A DNA stretch of 64,000 nt, taken from Actinomycetota bacterium. GTDB taxonomy: Bacteria; Actinomycetota; Coriobacteriia; Anaerosomatales; SLCP01. The DNA is taken from assembly GCA_037446725.1 (NCBI GenBank), contig JBBIIC010000004.1:156514-220513 (forward strand), given 5' to 3'. Position numbers and translations under genes: made by a program. The notes beneath the pieces are model-generated. The model saw nothing but the letters and a program-made list of their open reading frames with translations, did no database searches and was not told the DNA's origin. This document shows positions 1-8,993 of the stretch, piece by piece. The first letter of the stretch is position 1, and each line of letters begins with the position of its first letter.

Positions 1-663
1 GAGTCTGTTGAGCTCGCTGTTCTCGGCAAACGCCGCCAGTCTGCCCATCCGTTCGTCGAGTGCGACGCGACGGCCGCGTGCCATGGCTGGCATCATCACC
101 CACTTGCCGAGGTCCTTCGCGTAGGAACCGCGCTCACGCACCATCCGGTGACCACTGACCTCGACGACGCCCTTGGAGTGCGAGATGCGGGTCGTGGAGC
201 GCACGATCACAGGGACGTCGAACTCCTCCGAGATATCGAATGCGGCCCGGGTGAACTCGAGGGCCTCGGCGCTGTCCGAGGGCTCGAGGACGGGAACTCG
301 CGCGAAAGGACCCCAGTTGCGTGAGTCCTGTTCGTTCTGCGACGAGTGCATCCCGGGGTCATCGGCCACGAAGATGACAAGTCCCCCTCCCACGCCCGTG
401 TAGGCGAGCGTGAACAGCGGGTCAGCAGCCACATTCACCCCCACGTGCTTCATCGTCACGAACGAGCGTGCGCCACCCATCGAGACCCCTGTCGCCACCT
501 CGAGCGCGACCTTCTCGTTGGGCGCCCACTCGGCGTAGACCCCGTCCATCCGGGCGAAGACCTCCAGAGCCTGCGTGGACGGTGTGCCCGGATATCCGAC
601 ACCGACTGATGCACCGGCCTCCCACGCGCCACGTGCGGCGGCCTCGTTGCCCGAGAGAAGCAT
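1..663 (-). CDS. iorA: indolepyruvate:ferredoxin oxidoreductase alpha subunit, N-terminal part (gene continues past the left window edge)
   Basis: Absent from the ORF track because it is open-ended. My reverse-strand translation from the ATG at 663-661 gives MLLSGNEAAARGAWEAGASVGVGYPGTPSTQALEVF..EWAPNEKVALEVATGVSMGGARSFVTMKHVGVNVAADP..VIFVADDPGMHSSQNEQDSR. This matches the typical IorA / 2-oxoacid:ferredoxin oxidoreductase N-terminal domain pattern. Confidence 0.75.
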   Translation of the reverse strand, partial: MLLSGNEAAARGAWEAGASVGVGYPGTPSTQALEVFARMDGVYAEWAPNEKVALEVATGVSMGGARSFVTMKHVGVNVAADPLFTLAYTGVGGGLVIFVADDPGMHSSQNEQDSRNWGPFARVPVLEPSDSAEALEFTRAAFDISEEFDVPVIVRSTTRISHSKGVVEVSGHRMVRERGSYAKDLGKWVMMPAMARGRRVALDERMGRLAAFAENSELNRL

Positions 664-781
664 AGTTTGCACGGGTCTCCTTCCCAGAAGATGCGGGTCT
701 TGGGGCGGTTCACAGATTGGCCGGATAGTACCACAGAACCCGCGGCTCAGAGCGGCCATTCAGGGCGATCGTGCCGCGACG

Positions 782-1957
782 CTAGGGGCGTGTGGCACCC
801 ACGTAGTCAGCGCGACGCTCGATGCGCGACGTCAGCGACTCGACCTGAACGGGACGGCCGGTGCTCGGCGCGTGAAGATAATCCCCGTTGCCGATGTATA
901 TTCCGACATGATGGATGCGTTCCGGGCTCCCCTCGTACCCGAAGAACACCAGGTCGCCAGGGAGCAGCAGATCGGTCCGGTCCGGCGGGATGTACCCGCC
1001 CACCCCGAACTGCGAGCGACTGTTGCGCGGCAGGGAGATGCCGAGACGCCGGTATACGTACCACGTGAGCCCCGAGCAGTCGAAGCCCTCGGGTGTCGAT
1101 CCTCCCCACACGTAGGGCACACCGAGGTACTCCATGCCGACGACAACGGCGTCCGGATGACCGGGCCCGAGCGCCGCAGGGTCGAAGGTGCGCCCGTTGG
1201 GTTGGGCCGAGCGTGTCGGCGCCGGCAACGCCCCCGACGAAGGGCGCGCCGCCGCTGCACGGCGTGCAGCCTCCTCTGCGGCCTTCCGTGCGCGCTCCTC
1301 GGCCTCGCGGCGCAGTCGCTCTTCCTCCGCAGCGACCAGTGTCGCGATCTCACGGTCGAGGGCGAACACGTAGGCCTGCTGCTGTGTGAGCGCCCCCTCC
1401 ACTTCCCGTGCCTTGAGCTCCGCCTGTCGCTTCAGCGCAACCTGCTCGCCCTCCCGCCGCTCGAGCGCCCGCTCGCTGGCCTCGACCGCGGCAACGGCGC
1501 TCTTGACGCTGCTCACAAGGGCCGCGTCGCTGCGGTTGACGCGCCTAAACCACTCGACCCGGGTGAGGAAGTCTTCGAACGACGACGTGCCGAGCAGCAC
1601 CTCGAGCACGTGCACGCCTCCGGAGCGGTAGATCCCCGCGGCGCGCTCGGCAAGCGCGTCCTCGGCGGCCGCCTGATCGCGCCTGCGTCGCTCGAGGTCC
1701 GCGCGGGTGTCGGCGATCCTCTCGCGGGTAAGGGTGAGCGCGTCCGTGAGCTGCAGAAGTTCCTCGCGTCGCAGTTCGGCGCGGTCCGCGAGCTCCTCCA
1801 TCCGGGCGCGTGCCGAGTCGACCTCCGCGCGCCTGGCCTCGATCTCGGGCGTGGAAGGGCTGGCGATCGCAGGGATCATGGCGCCGCTGAACAGGGACAA
1901 CGCGATGGTGGCTGCGATGCCGGTTCTGACGGCCCTCCTGGCGGCTGCGCTCCGCAC
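782..1957 (-). CDS. secreted peptidoglycan endopeptidase: long coiled-coil N-domain plus C-terminal NlpC/P60 domain (RipA/RipC/CwlO-like architecture)
   Basis: 391 aa ORF with signal-like N-terminus (MRSAAARRAVRTGIAATIALSLFSG). The helical region contains YRSGGVHVLEVLLGTSSFEDFLTRV. The C-terminus YLGVPYVWGGSTPEGFDCSGLTWYVY..HHVGIYIGNGDYLHAP carries the NlpC/P60 Cys-His core. Confidence 0.85.
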   Translation of the reverse strand: MRSAAARRAVRTGIAATIALSLFSGAMIPAIASPSTPEIEARRAEVDSARARMEELADRAELRREELLQLTDALTLTRERIADTRADLERRRRDQAAAEDALAERAAGIYRSGGVHVLEVLLGTSSFEDFLTRVEWFRRVNRSDAALVSSVKSAVAAVEASERALERREGEQVALKRQAELKAREVEGALTQQQAYVFALDREIATLVAAEEERLRREAEERARKAAEEAARRAAAARPSSGALPAPTRSAQPNGRTFDPAALGPGHPDAVVVGMEYLGVPYVWGGSTPEGFDCSGLTWYVYRRLGISLPRNSRSQFGVGGYIPPDRTDLLLPGDLVFFGYEGSPERIHHVGIYIGNGDYLHAPSTGRPVQVESLTSRIERRADYVGATRP

Positions 1958-2100
1958 GGGACCTCCTGCTGCGTCGTGTCTTCGATCGAGGGTCCACCGG
2001 GACTACAGAATGTATCGGCACTGGCCGACACCTCCTACATGGTATCATGTTTTGCCTGCGTAACGGCGTATCGAGGCGTCGTCGCCCGGAAGGCAGCACC

Positions 2101-3162
2101 ATGAAACGGAGCCGACTCATCGCAGCAGCGCTCGCGGTACACCTCCTCGGGGTATCGCTTGTGCCGGCGCTTGCCGGTGCAACTCCTTCGACGGGAACGA
2201 CCGCCCCCCCGACTCCCGAACTCCAGCAGGCAACCGAACGCGCCCTCGAACTCGAGCTCGCGATCGAAGAGCGCCGAGCGGAGCGCATAGCTCTCGAAGA
2301 GCGCATTGCGGTGACCAACCTGCGCATCATCGCCCAGCAGGAAGTGCTCGCAGGGGCGCGACGTACCCTTCTGACGGCCCAGGAGGCGTATCGGGAGCGC
2401 ATGGTCGGCATGTACAAGTCCCGCATCGCAAGCCCGCTCAGCGTGCTCCTGACCGCGCAGACCATGTCCGACTTCTATTCGCGCATCTTCATGCTCACCC
2501 GCATCGCTCAACGCGACAAGCGAGCGTATGCGGACGCCGCCGTCGCCGCAGCCGAGGCGGAGTTCCAGGCGGCGTACCTCGACGACCTCAAGGCCCAGGA
2601 CGTGGCGTTGCGCCAACTCGAGCGCACCTCGCTCGAGGAGCTCGATGCCGCTCTCGCCGAGCAGCGTACGCTGGTGGACCGGCTCACCGCGGAGGCGCTC
2701 CGTCAGCTCGAGGCCAGACGCACGGTTATCTCGCGCACGCGGAAGGAGTGGCTCAGGAGCTCCGTCCCGCTCGATGCCGAGATACGACAGGTCCCGGTCG
2801 TAGTGGAGCCCTACGTCGGGCGCGCCTACCTCGGCACGGAACACCAGCCAAGCCGCTACCGTAGTCTCGGCCGCACGCAGAGCGCGGTGTGCTCGTGGTA
2901 CGGCAACGAGTTCCACGGGCGCCTGACAGCCTGCGGTCAGATCTACAATCAGAACGACTTCACGTGCGCGTCGAGAACCCTGCCGTTCGGCACGCGTCTG
3001 GCGCTCACCCGCGGTGAGCGGCGGATCGTCGTCGTCGTGACGGACCGGGGGCCGTTCATCGCCGGACGCGACCTCGACCTGTCGCGCGCAGCCGCACGCG
3101 CGCTCGGCTTCTCGGGCGTTGCGACCGTGGATGTCGAGTTCGTCGAGGTCGTGAAGGAGTAG
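2101..3162 (+). CDS. secreted coiled-coil protein with C-terminal RlpA-like double-psi beta-barrel (lytic transglycosylase-like)
   Basis: ATG at 2101 (MKRSRLIAAALAVHLLG, signal-like) lies inside the 2047..3162 ORF. The helical region contains MYKSRIASPLSVLLTAQTMSDFYSRI. The C-terminus SWYGNEFHGRLTACGQIYNQNDFTCASRTLPFGTRLALT..VVVTDRGPFIAGRDLDLSRAAARALG matches the RlpA/DPBB pattern. Confidence 0.8.
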   Translation: MKRSRLIAAALAVHLLGVSLVPALAGATPSTGTTAPPTPELQQATERALELELAIEERRAERIALEERIAVTNLRIIAQQEVLAGARRTLLTAQEAYRERMVGMYKSRIASPLSVLLTAQTMSDFYSRIFMLTRIAQRDKRAYADAAVAAAEAEFQAAYLDDLKAQDVALRQLERTSLEELDAALAEQRTLVDRLTAEALRQLEARRTVISRTRKEWLRSSVPLDAEIRQVPVVVEPYVGRAYLGTEHQPSRYRSLGRTQSAVCSWYGNEFHGRLTACGQIYNQNDFTCASRTLPFGTRLALTRGERRIVVVVTDRGPFIAGRDLDLSRAAARALGFSGVATVDVEFVEVVKE

Positions 3163-3186
3163 GCCGGCGCTTGGCAGGCCGTGCGG

Positions 3187-3702
3187 CTACGCCACGTGGA
3201 TCAGCGAGACGATCTTGGCGTCGCCGAGCTTCTGCCGTCCGTTGAGGAAGTCCAGCTCGATGAGGAAGGCCAGTCCAGCGACCCGCGCGCCGGTGCTCTC
3301 GGCGAGTTGGGCCTTCGCTGCGGCGGTGCCGCCGGTCGCCAGCACGTCGTCGACGATCAGCACGACGTCGCCCGCGCCGATCGCGTCGAGGTGCATCTCG
3401 AGCGAGTCCGTGCCGTACTCGAGCGCGTACTCGGCCTGTGTGGTCTCCCAGGGCAGCTTGCCCGGCTTGCGGGCAGGCACGAAGCCGGCGCCGAGCCTGT
3501 AGGCTAGTGCGCCACCGAAGATGAAGCCCCGCGCCTCGGCGCCCAGCACCTTCGTGATCCCGTCTCCGGCGAACTCATCGGCAATCGTGTCGATGGCCTC
3601 GCGGAACCCGTCCGGACTCGCAAGCAACGGCGTGATGTCCTTGAAAACGATCCCCTCTTTGGGGAAGTCGGGGATGTCGCGGATGTAGCTCTCCAGGTTC
3701 AT
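3187..3702 (-). CDS. apt: adenine phosphoribosyltransferase
   Basis: [27 protein letters not shown] and the PRPP loop [15 protein letters not shown]. The ATG at 3702 is preceded by GGAGG. The longer track ORF (to 3756) is an upstream extension. Confidence 0.9.
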   Translation of the reverse strand: MNLESYIRDIPDFPKEGIVFKDITPLLASPDGFREAIDTIADEFAGDGITKVLGAEARGFIFGGALAYRLGAGFVPARKPGKLPWETTQAEYALEYGTDSLEMHLDAIGAGDVVLIVDDVLATGGTAAAKAQLAESTGARVAGLAFLIELDFLNGRQKLGDAKIVSLIHVA

Positions 3703-3752
3703 CGTACCTCCAGGCTGCAGGGGATGCCGTGCACAGGATACGACGAAGCCGG

Positions 3753-4322
3753 TCACCCGACCAGAGAGACCCCCGGTGCCGTCGCATCGTCGCGAACGGT
3801 GGCGACGTAGGGCAGATTGCGCAGGCGGGCGTCCAGGTCCAGGCCATAGCCGACGAGGAACCTGTCGGGCACCTCGAAGCCCCGGTAGGCGATCGGGAGG
3901 CTGACGATACGCCGGGCGTCCTTGTCAAGCAGCGTGCACACCTCGAGAGAAGCGGGGTTGCGCTGTCGCAGCACCGACAGGATGTAGTTGAGCGTGAGGC
4001 CCGTGTCGATGATGTCCTCGACGACGACGACCCGGGCTCCCTCGATCGGGTCGTCGAGATCCTTGGTTATCCTGACCGAGCCGCCCGTGCCCCCCGCGTA
4101 GGAGGTGATCGCCATGAAGTCGATGGTGAGGGGAAGGTCGATGTGGCGGCACAGGTCGCAAAGGAAGAACAGGCCGCCGCGCAGCACGGTCACGAGTCGC
4201 AACCGATGACCCGCATGGTCCTCGGTGATCGACCGTCCGATCTCGGCGACCCGCTCGGCGATCTCCGCCTCGCTTAAGAGGACGCGTTCGACTACGTCCT
4301 CGCCGGCGAACGCCTTCGTCAC
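3753..4322 (-). CDS. hpt: hypoxanthine phosphoribosyltransferase
   Basis: [47 protein letters not shown]. The likely GTG start at 4322 overlaps the upstream stop as GTGA. The 282 aa track ORF is an N-terminal over-extension. Confidence 0.9.
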   Translation of the reverse strand: MTKAFAGEDVVERVLLSEAEIAERVAEIGRSITEDHAGHRLRLVTVLRGGLFFLCDLCRHIDLPLTIDFMAITSYAGGTGGSVRITKDLDDPIEGARVVVVEDIIDTGLTLNYILSVLRQRNPASLEVCTLLDKDARRIVSLPIAYRGFEVPDRFLVGYGLDLDARLRNLPYVATVRDDATAPGVSLVG

Positions 4323-4756
4323 GTCATGTCCCTGTCCACGCCACCGGCTCCGAGCCCACCGCCCTCGGACAGCGGGCGCTCTGCGACACCGATGCCGAAC
4401 CGCGCGAGCAGCAGGCGGAAGTCCTTCTGGTAGAAGATCTTCACGTTCACGTCCGGGTAGAGCTCCTTCAACCTTCTCACCTTGCGATTCTTCTTCGTGA
4501 CCAGCTTCTGACTCATCGTCGTCAGCTCGATGTAGAGATCGAGGTCGGGCAGGTAGAAGTCCGGGGTGAACGAAGCGACCGCTCTCCCCTCTCCATCCCA
4601 CTCGATGGGGAACGTGGTCGGCTCGTACTCCCAGCGGATGTGGTAGAAGTCCAGGATCTCCGCGGCGACCCGCTCACTGGGGTGCGCGAACTCGATCGAC
4701 GTCCGTTCCGGAGCGTGGTCTGCGGGTGCCGGCGTGTGTGCGTTGTCCTCGGTCAT
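4319..4756 (-). CDS. hypothetical protein, possible PD-(D/E)XK (restriction-endonuclease-like) fold
   Basis: 145 aa ORF packed between the MerR gene (5 nt gap) and hpt (4 nt overlap). The core FTPDFYLPDLDLYIELTTMSQKLVTKKNRK resembles the PDF...(I/V)E(L/V).. nuclease-fold motif. The fold assignment is by eye only. Confidence 0.5.
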   Translation of the reverse strand: MTEDNAHTPAPADHAPERTSIEFAHPSERVAAEILDFYHIRWEYEPTTFPIEWDGEGRAVASFTPDFYLPDLDLYIELTTMSQKLVTKKNRKVRRLKELYPDVNVKIFYQKDFRLLLARFGIGVAERPLSEGGGLGAGGVDRDMT

Positions 4757-4761
4757 ACTCC

Positions 4762-5469
4762 CTACACGACGTCCTCGAACACCCGTCCGAGTGCCCGTCT
4801 GAGAAGATGGCTCTTCAGGTCGCCGGTGACCCCGGTGAGCTCGCCGAGCGTCTCGACCAGTTTCTGTCGCGTCTCCGGCGTGCGATGACGAAACGCGGGC
4901 ATGAGGGCCTGCCCGAAGAAGGCGGCCTCGCGCTCCGCGAACGTCTCGTACATGCGCAGATGACGCGGCTCGATGCCGAAGCGTCGCAGGTCCCAGGCCG
5001 CATGCGCGATTCGGACATCGGCGGGACCGATCTCCGGACCGCGCTCCCCATCGGCTATCTCGACGAGATTGTAGTCGGCGAGTTCGCGAACGAACGAGAC
5101 CGGCAGGCCGAGTACCGACGGCACGTCGTCGAGCGCGACCGCCTCGGCCTCCTCGAACGGCAAGGCGACCGGTTCCGCCCCGACCGGTCCGGTGCCCCTG
5201 AGCTCCGGGGGCACCTTGCCCTTGTCGAAATCAGCCAGCTTCTCACGGATGACCGCGAGCGGGAGGAAGTGCTCCTTCTGCAGGCGCAGGATCATGTCGA
5301 CCCGGGCGAGGTCGTGCTGCGAGAACTTGCGATACCCCCCCGGTGTTCGCTCGGGCGCTATGAGCCCCTCCTCCTCCAGGAAGCGCACCTTGGAGATGGA
5401 GAGGTCCGGATACGCTGGCTGCAGGGTCTCGACGACCTCTCCGATCGTCATGTAGTCACGAGCGGCCAT
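4762..5469 (-). CDS. MerR-family transcriptional regulator (FtsR / Rv1828-like position)
   Basis: The ATG at 5469 gives MAARDYMTIGEVVETLQPAYPDLSISKVRFLEEEGLIAPERTPGGYRKFSQHDLARVDMILRLQ, a MerR HTH. The track ORF to 5922 is an over-extension overlapping the FHA gene. Confidence 0.85.
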   Translation of the reverse strand: MAARDYMTIGEVVETLQPAYPDLSISKVRFLEEEGLIAPERTPGGYRKFSQHDLARVDMILRLQKEHFLPLAVIREKLADFDKGKVPPELRGTGPVGAEPVALPFEEAEAVALDDVPSVLGLPVSFVRELADYNLVEIADGERGPEIGPADVRIAHAAWDLRRFGIEPRHLRMYETFAEREAAFFGQALMPAFRHRTPETRQKLVETLGELTGVTGDLKSHLLRRALGRVFEDVV

Positions 5470-5474
5470 CAGCC

Positions 5475-5930
5475 TCACGACCCTCCGCGGTCCATGAACA
5501 CCATCTGGAACCTGCCGACCTGAACGACGTCGCCGTCGTGGAGCGTCGCCCTGTCGACACGCACGCCGTTGACGTAGGTGCCGTTCAACGAACCGACGTC
5601 CGACACGCTGACCTCTCCGGCCTTGAACTCGAGCACCGAGTGGCCGCGCGATACCGTGATGTCGTTGAGGAAGATGTCGCACTCCGGGTCCCTGCCGACG
5701 GTGAGCCTCGACCGGTCGACGAAGAATCGCTCGCCGACGTCCGGACCTTTGCGGACAACGAGGACAGGTCCGGAAACGGCCCATTCCCGGGCGGCGCCCC
5801 CGGTCTCCTCCGAGCCTTCGGGGACCGGAGCGAAGGACTCCGTCGCGCCCTCTAGCCGGACACCGCACGCCGGGCACGCTGAGACGTTCGAATCTTCCAG
5901 ACTCGTACCACAGGCCGGACAAGATGTCAT
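5475..5930 (-). CDS. FHA-domain protein with N-terminal zinc-ribbon
   Basis: CPACG..CPACG at the N-terminus. FHA core LTVGRDPECDIFLNDITVSRGHSVLEF..VSDVGSLNGTYVNG. Confidence 0.85.
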   Translation of the reverse strand: MTSCPACGTSLEDSNVSACPACGVRLEGATESFAPVPEGSEETGGAAREWAVSGPVLVVRKGPDVGERFFVDRSRLTVGRDPECDIFLNDITVSRGHSVLEFKAGEVSVSDVGSLNGTYVNGVRVDRATLHDGDVVQVGRFQMVFMDRGGS

Positions 5931-5967
5931 GGCGTGCTTCCTCTCACGGCGACGGTGCCGCCACGGA

Positions 5968-6228
5968 TCAGTCTGCGAAACCGATCTCGCGCTTCTGGAA
6001 CGACTCAGCGATCTGCGCCTCGAGAGCCGCCACGACCTCGGGGGTCTCGAGCACCTTGGAGAGCTTCTCTTCGCTCAGCCGGTTCTTGACGTAAGGATCC
6101 TTGAGGGCGTCGGAGAGCTTGCGGCCGTTCTGCACCTCGCGGATGACGTACTCGACGACGCGCTCCTCGACGGCGTCGGTCGCGAGATCGTCCATGAAGC
6201 GCTGCAGTTTCTCGGAGAGTGTGGGCAC
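5968..6228 (-). CDS. small conserved-looking hypothetical protein (86 aa, helical)
   Basis: GTG start at 6228 with a strong GAGGAGGA Shine-Dalgarno just upstream. I recognise no family. Confidence 0.6.
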   Translation of the reverse strand: MPTLSEKLQRFMDDLATDAVEERVVEYVIREVQNGRKLSDALKDPYVKNRLSEEKLSKVLETPEVVAALEAQIAESFQKREIGFAD

Positions 6229-6260
6229 CCGTCCTCCTCATCACGACCGCCGGGCGGCCG

Positions 6261-6569
6261 CTACTCGTCGTCGTCTTCGTCCAGGGTCTCCGCCACGTCG
6301 ACGTTCGATACACCGCGCAAGTCGCTGGCGAGTATCTCGATCAGCCGCTCGACGTCGCCTCCGGAGATGACGTCCTCGCCGGCCTCGCGCTGACCCGTCA
6401 GCCTGCGCACGAGTTCCGCCCTCAGGATGTCGATCTTGCCGTGGAGGACCCGGCGCCGGTACGAGATCCTCTGCTCTTCCTCGTACAGCTCGTCCAGTAC
6501 CGACCGAAGCTCTTCGTTGCTCTTGTTCTCGAGGTCGATCAGCACGTCATCGTACCTGCTGTCGCTCAC
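6261..6569 (-). CDS. small coiled-coil protein, candidate single-motif RsiG-family (c-di-GMP-binding anti-sigma-like) protein
   Basis: 102 aa. Residues 32-47, EEQRISYRRRVLHGKID, fit E-x3-S-x2-R-x3-(Q/H)-x3-D, followed by ILRAEL. The C-terminal tail is acidic. Confidence 0.5.
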   Translation of the reverse strand: MSDSRYDDVLIDLENKSNEELRSVLDELYEEEQRISYRRRVLHGKIDILRAELVRRLTGQREAGEDVISGGDVERLIEILASDLRGVSNVDVAETLDEDDDE

Positions 6570-6672
6570 CTCTCGGGCCCCCTTCGAATCGGAACCTCAC
6601 CGGTCGTGTGCCGGCGTTTCGATTGTAGCAGACGCGAATGCGGGTCGCCGGGCACAACCGACACCTCAACCT

Positions 6673-7500
6673 TCACTCTAACCCGAGGTCGCCGCCGTTC
6701 GCAGGCTTGCGCCCGAGGTCCTCGCGGACCGCCTGCTCTTGCAGTCGGCGCGCCTCGGCCTCCTCAGCCTCGGTCAATCGTCCTTCCTGCAGTGTGATAC
6801 CCAGAGCGACCTCGAATCCACGACGTATCGCCAAACCAATCTCGAGTCGTGAGGGCGGGCCTGCCGGCCGATCTGCGAGTGTCGAGGTCGTTGCGTCCAA
6901 CGCGCGGCGTGCCTCGTCGCCCAACCGGAACACCTCCGCCTCGCGCCGCACGTCCCGGCTGATGGTGAACGAGCCGTGCTGCAGGACGGTCGATCCGAGC
7001 CACACCTGGGCGCTGCCGGAGAGCTTGCGGGCGCCGAGCGAAAGGTCAGCGGGAGTGGCGTGCAGGTAACACGCGGCAGACCCGCCATCCCCCCGCGGTC
7101 GTGCGGTGAGGCGGGCCTCCACGCCCAGCGACCGGTATGCGTGCTCGAGGCCGACGCACAGGTACCGGTATGACGCCGCAACTCCGCGAGGGACGCCGTC
7201 TTCCGACGAGGCCGCCACCGAGTAGGTGACTTCATCGTCGTGCAACACTCCCCTGCCACCCGTGGCGCGGCGCACGACATCGATGCCCCAGTCGCGACAC
7301 ACGTCGAAATCGATGCCGTCCGGGGCCTGGAATCGGCCGAGCGAGACCGTGGGTCGTGCCCACTCATACAGCCGAACGGTCGGCGGAACCGATCCTGCTT
7401 CGCGTGCCTGCTGGATGGCGCGGTCGACGGCCATGTTCCATGCGCCGTCCGCGGGCGCGGGATCGACCAGCAGGCGCCAGGCGAGCGCCACAGGGCTCAC
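6673..7500 (-). CDS. lipoate-protein ligase / octanoyltransferase family protein (LplA/LipM-like)
   Basis: NMAVDRAI..VRLYEWARPTVSLGRFQ..GGRGVLHDDEVTYSV..ARKLSGSAQVW..VLQHGS. There is a 4 nt overlap with the gcvPB stop. Confidence 0.8.
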   Translation of the reverse strand: MSPVALAWRLLVDPAPADGAWNMAVDRAIQQAREAGSVPPTVRLYEWARPTVSLGRFQAPDGIDFDVCRDWGIDVVRRATGGRGVLHDDEVTYSVAASSEDGVPRGVAASYRYLCVGLEHAYRSLGVEARLTARPRGDGGSAACYLHATPADLSLGARKLSGSAQVWLGSTVLQHGSFTISRDVRREAEVFRLGDEARRALDATTSTLADRPAGPPSRLEIGLAIRRGFEVALGITLQEGRLTEAEEAEARRLQEQAVREDLGRKPANGGDLGLE

Positions 7501-8993
7501 TCCTCCCGGCGATACCGGAGGTCCGGATTGCGGGCGGCTCCCGCCTCGTCAAGCCTGCGGACCGGCGTTGTGTACGGCGCGCTCTTCACGAGGTCGGGGT
7601 CGGTCGCGGCCTCCTCGGCGATGGCGAGCATGGCGTCGGCGAACCGGTCGAGTTCCTCGAGCGACTCGGTCTCGGTGGGCTCGATCATGAGCGCCTCATC
7701 GACGATGAGCGGGAAGTACACCGTCGGCGGATGGAAGCCGTGGTCCAGCAGGCGCTTGGCGATGTCGAGCGAACGAACACCGTGCTCGCGCTTCTGGCGC
7801 GACCCGGACAGCACGAACTCGTGCATACACGTGCGGTCGTAGGGAAGATCGTAGGCCTGGCGCAACCGCTCCTTGAGGTAGTTGGCGGAGAGCACCGCCT
7901 GCTCGCTCACCTCACGCAGGCCCTCCCCGCCGAGTGCGCGAACGTACGCGTATGCCCTCACGAGAATGCCGAAGTTGCCGTAGAACGAGCGTACACGGCC
8001 TATCGAGCGTTCCGGCCAGGCGAACTCGAACGAGCCGTCGACGGCCCGCACGGGTACGGGACCGGGCAGATAGGGCGACAGGCGCTCGGTCACGCAGACC
8101 GGGCCGGCGCCCGGGCCTCCCCCGCCGTGCGGCGTCGAGAACGTCTTGTGCAGGTTGGTGTGAAACGCGTCGAATCCCATGTCCCCGGGGCGAGAGATAC
8201 CCATGATGGCGTTGAGATTCGCTCCATCGCAGTACGCGAACGCGCCGACCTCGTGGGCCAGCCGCGTGATCTCGAGGATGTTCTCGTCGAAAAGGCCGAG
8301 CGTGTTCGGATTGGTGAGCATCAGCGCGGCGACGTCGGTGTCGAGCACCGAGCGCAGCACCTCGAGGTCGACCCCGCCACGCTCGTCACTCGGGACCGTC
8401 GTGACTTCATATCCGCACATCGCAACGGTCGCAGGGTTCGTGCCGTGGGCCGAGTCCGGGATGACGACACGCGCACGGGCGTCACCCTGGTCGACGTGGC
8501 AGGCGCGGAAACACATGAGCGCCGTCAGCTCGCCGTGAGCACCCGCCGCCGGCTGAAGAGTGACCCCCGGAAGACCCGAGACCTCCGCGAGAGCCTCGGC
8601 GAGCCCAACCATCAGCTCGAGTGCGCCCTGCACCGTCGCGGCGGGCTGGTACGGGTGCAGACCGGCGAATCCCTCAAGCCGCGCGGCGTCCTCATTCACT
8701 CGGGGGTTGTACTTCATGGTGCAGCTGCCGAGCGGATAGCTGCCCGAGTCGACCCCGAAGTTCATTGAAGCGAGGTGTGCGTAGTGGCGAGCGATCTCGA
8801 CCTCCGTGACGTGCGGCACCACCGGTGGCTCGGTCCGGACCGCTCCGCCGAGCGCTACATCGAGGTCGATCGCGGGGACGTCGAGTTCGGGCGGCATGAC
8901 GCAACGGGACTCGGCGGCGCCGGTCTCGAAGATGAGCCGCCGGGGACCGCGTGCGGGGGCGGTCGCCGGCGTGTGAGCAAGACGCTCGGTCAC
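7497..8993 (-). CDS. gcvPB: glycine dehydrogenase (decarboxylating) subunit 2
   Basis: 498 aa with PLP-lysine region NLHKTFSTPHGGGGPGAGP and YPLGSCTMKYNP. Confidence 0.95.
   Translation of the reverse strand: MTERLAHTPATAPARGPRRLIFETGAAESRCVMPPELDVPAIDLDVALGGAVRTEPPVVPHVTEVEIARHYAHLASMNFGVDSGSYPLGSCTMKYNPRVNEDAARLEGFAGLHPYQPAATVQGALELMVGLAEALAEVSGLPGVTLQPAAGAHGELTALMCFRACHVDQGDARARVVIPDSAHGTNPATVAMCGYEVTTVPSDERGGVDLEVLRSVLDTDVAALMLTNPNTLGLFDENILEITRLAHEVGAFAYCDGANLNAIMGISRPGDMGFDAFHTNLHKTFSTPHGGGGPGAGPVCVTERLSPYLPGPVPVRAVDGSFEFAWPERSIGRVRSFYGNFGILVRAYAYVRALGGEGLREVSEQAVLSANYLKERLRQAYDLPYDRTCMHEFVLSGSRQKREHGVRSLDIAKRLLDHGFHPPTVYFPLIVDEALMIEPTETESLEELDRFADAMLAIAEEAATDPDLVKSAPYTTPVRRLDEAGAARNPDLRYRREE

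Noticed and set aside
1958-2100. c-di-AMP (ydaO) riboswitch upstream of the cell-wall hydrolase genes, as seen for some actinobacterial rpf/NlpC genes
   Set aside because: The gap is short for that motif and must also hold two divergent promoters. I could not find the conserved pseudo-twofold ydaO core sequences. Only a small TCGGC-ACTG-GCCGA hairpin is present.
575-2104. 509 aa plus-strand ORF
   Set aside because: It runs antisense across the NlpC/P60 gene and has an Arg/Ala/Pro-rich, domain-free translation. This is the typical shadow ORF of very GC-rich DNA.
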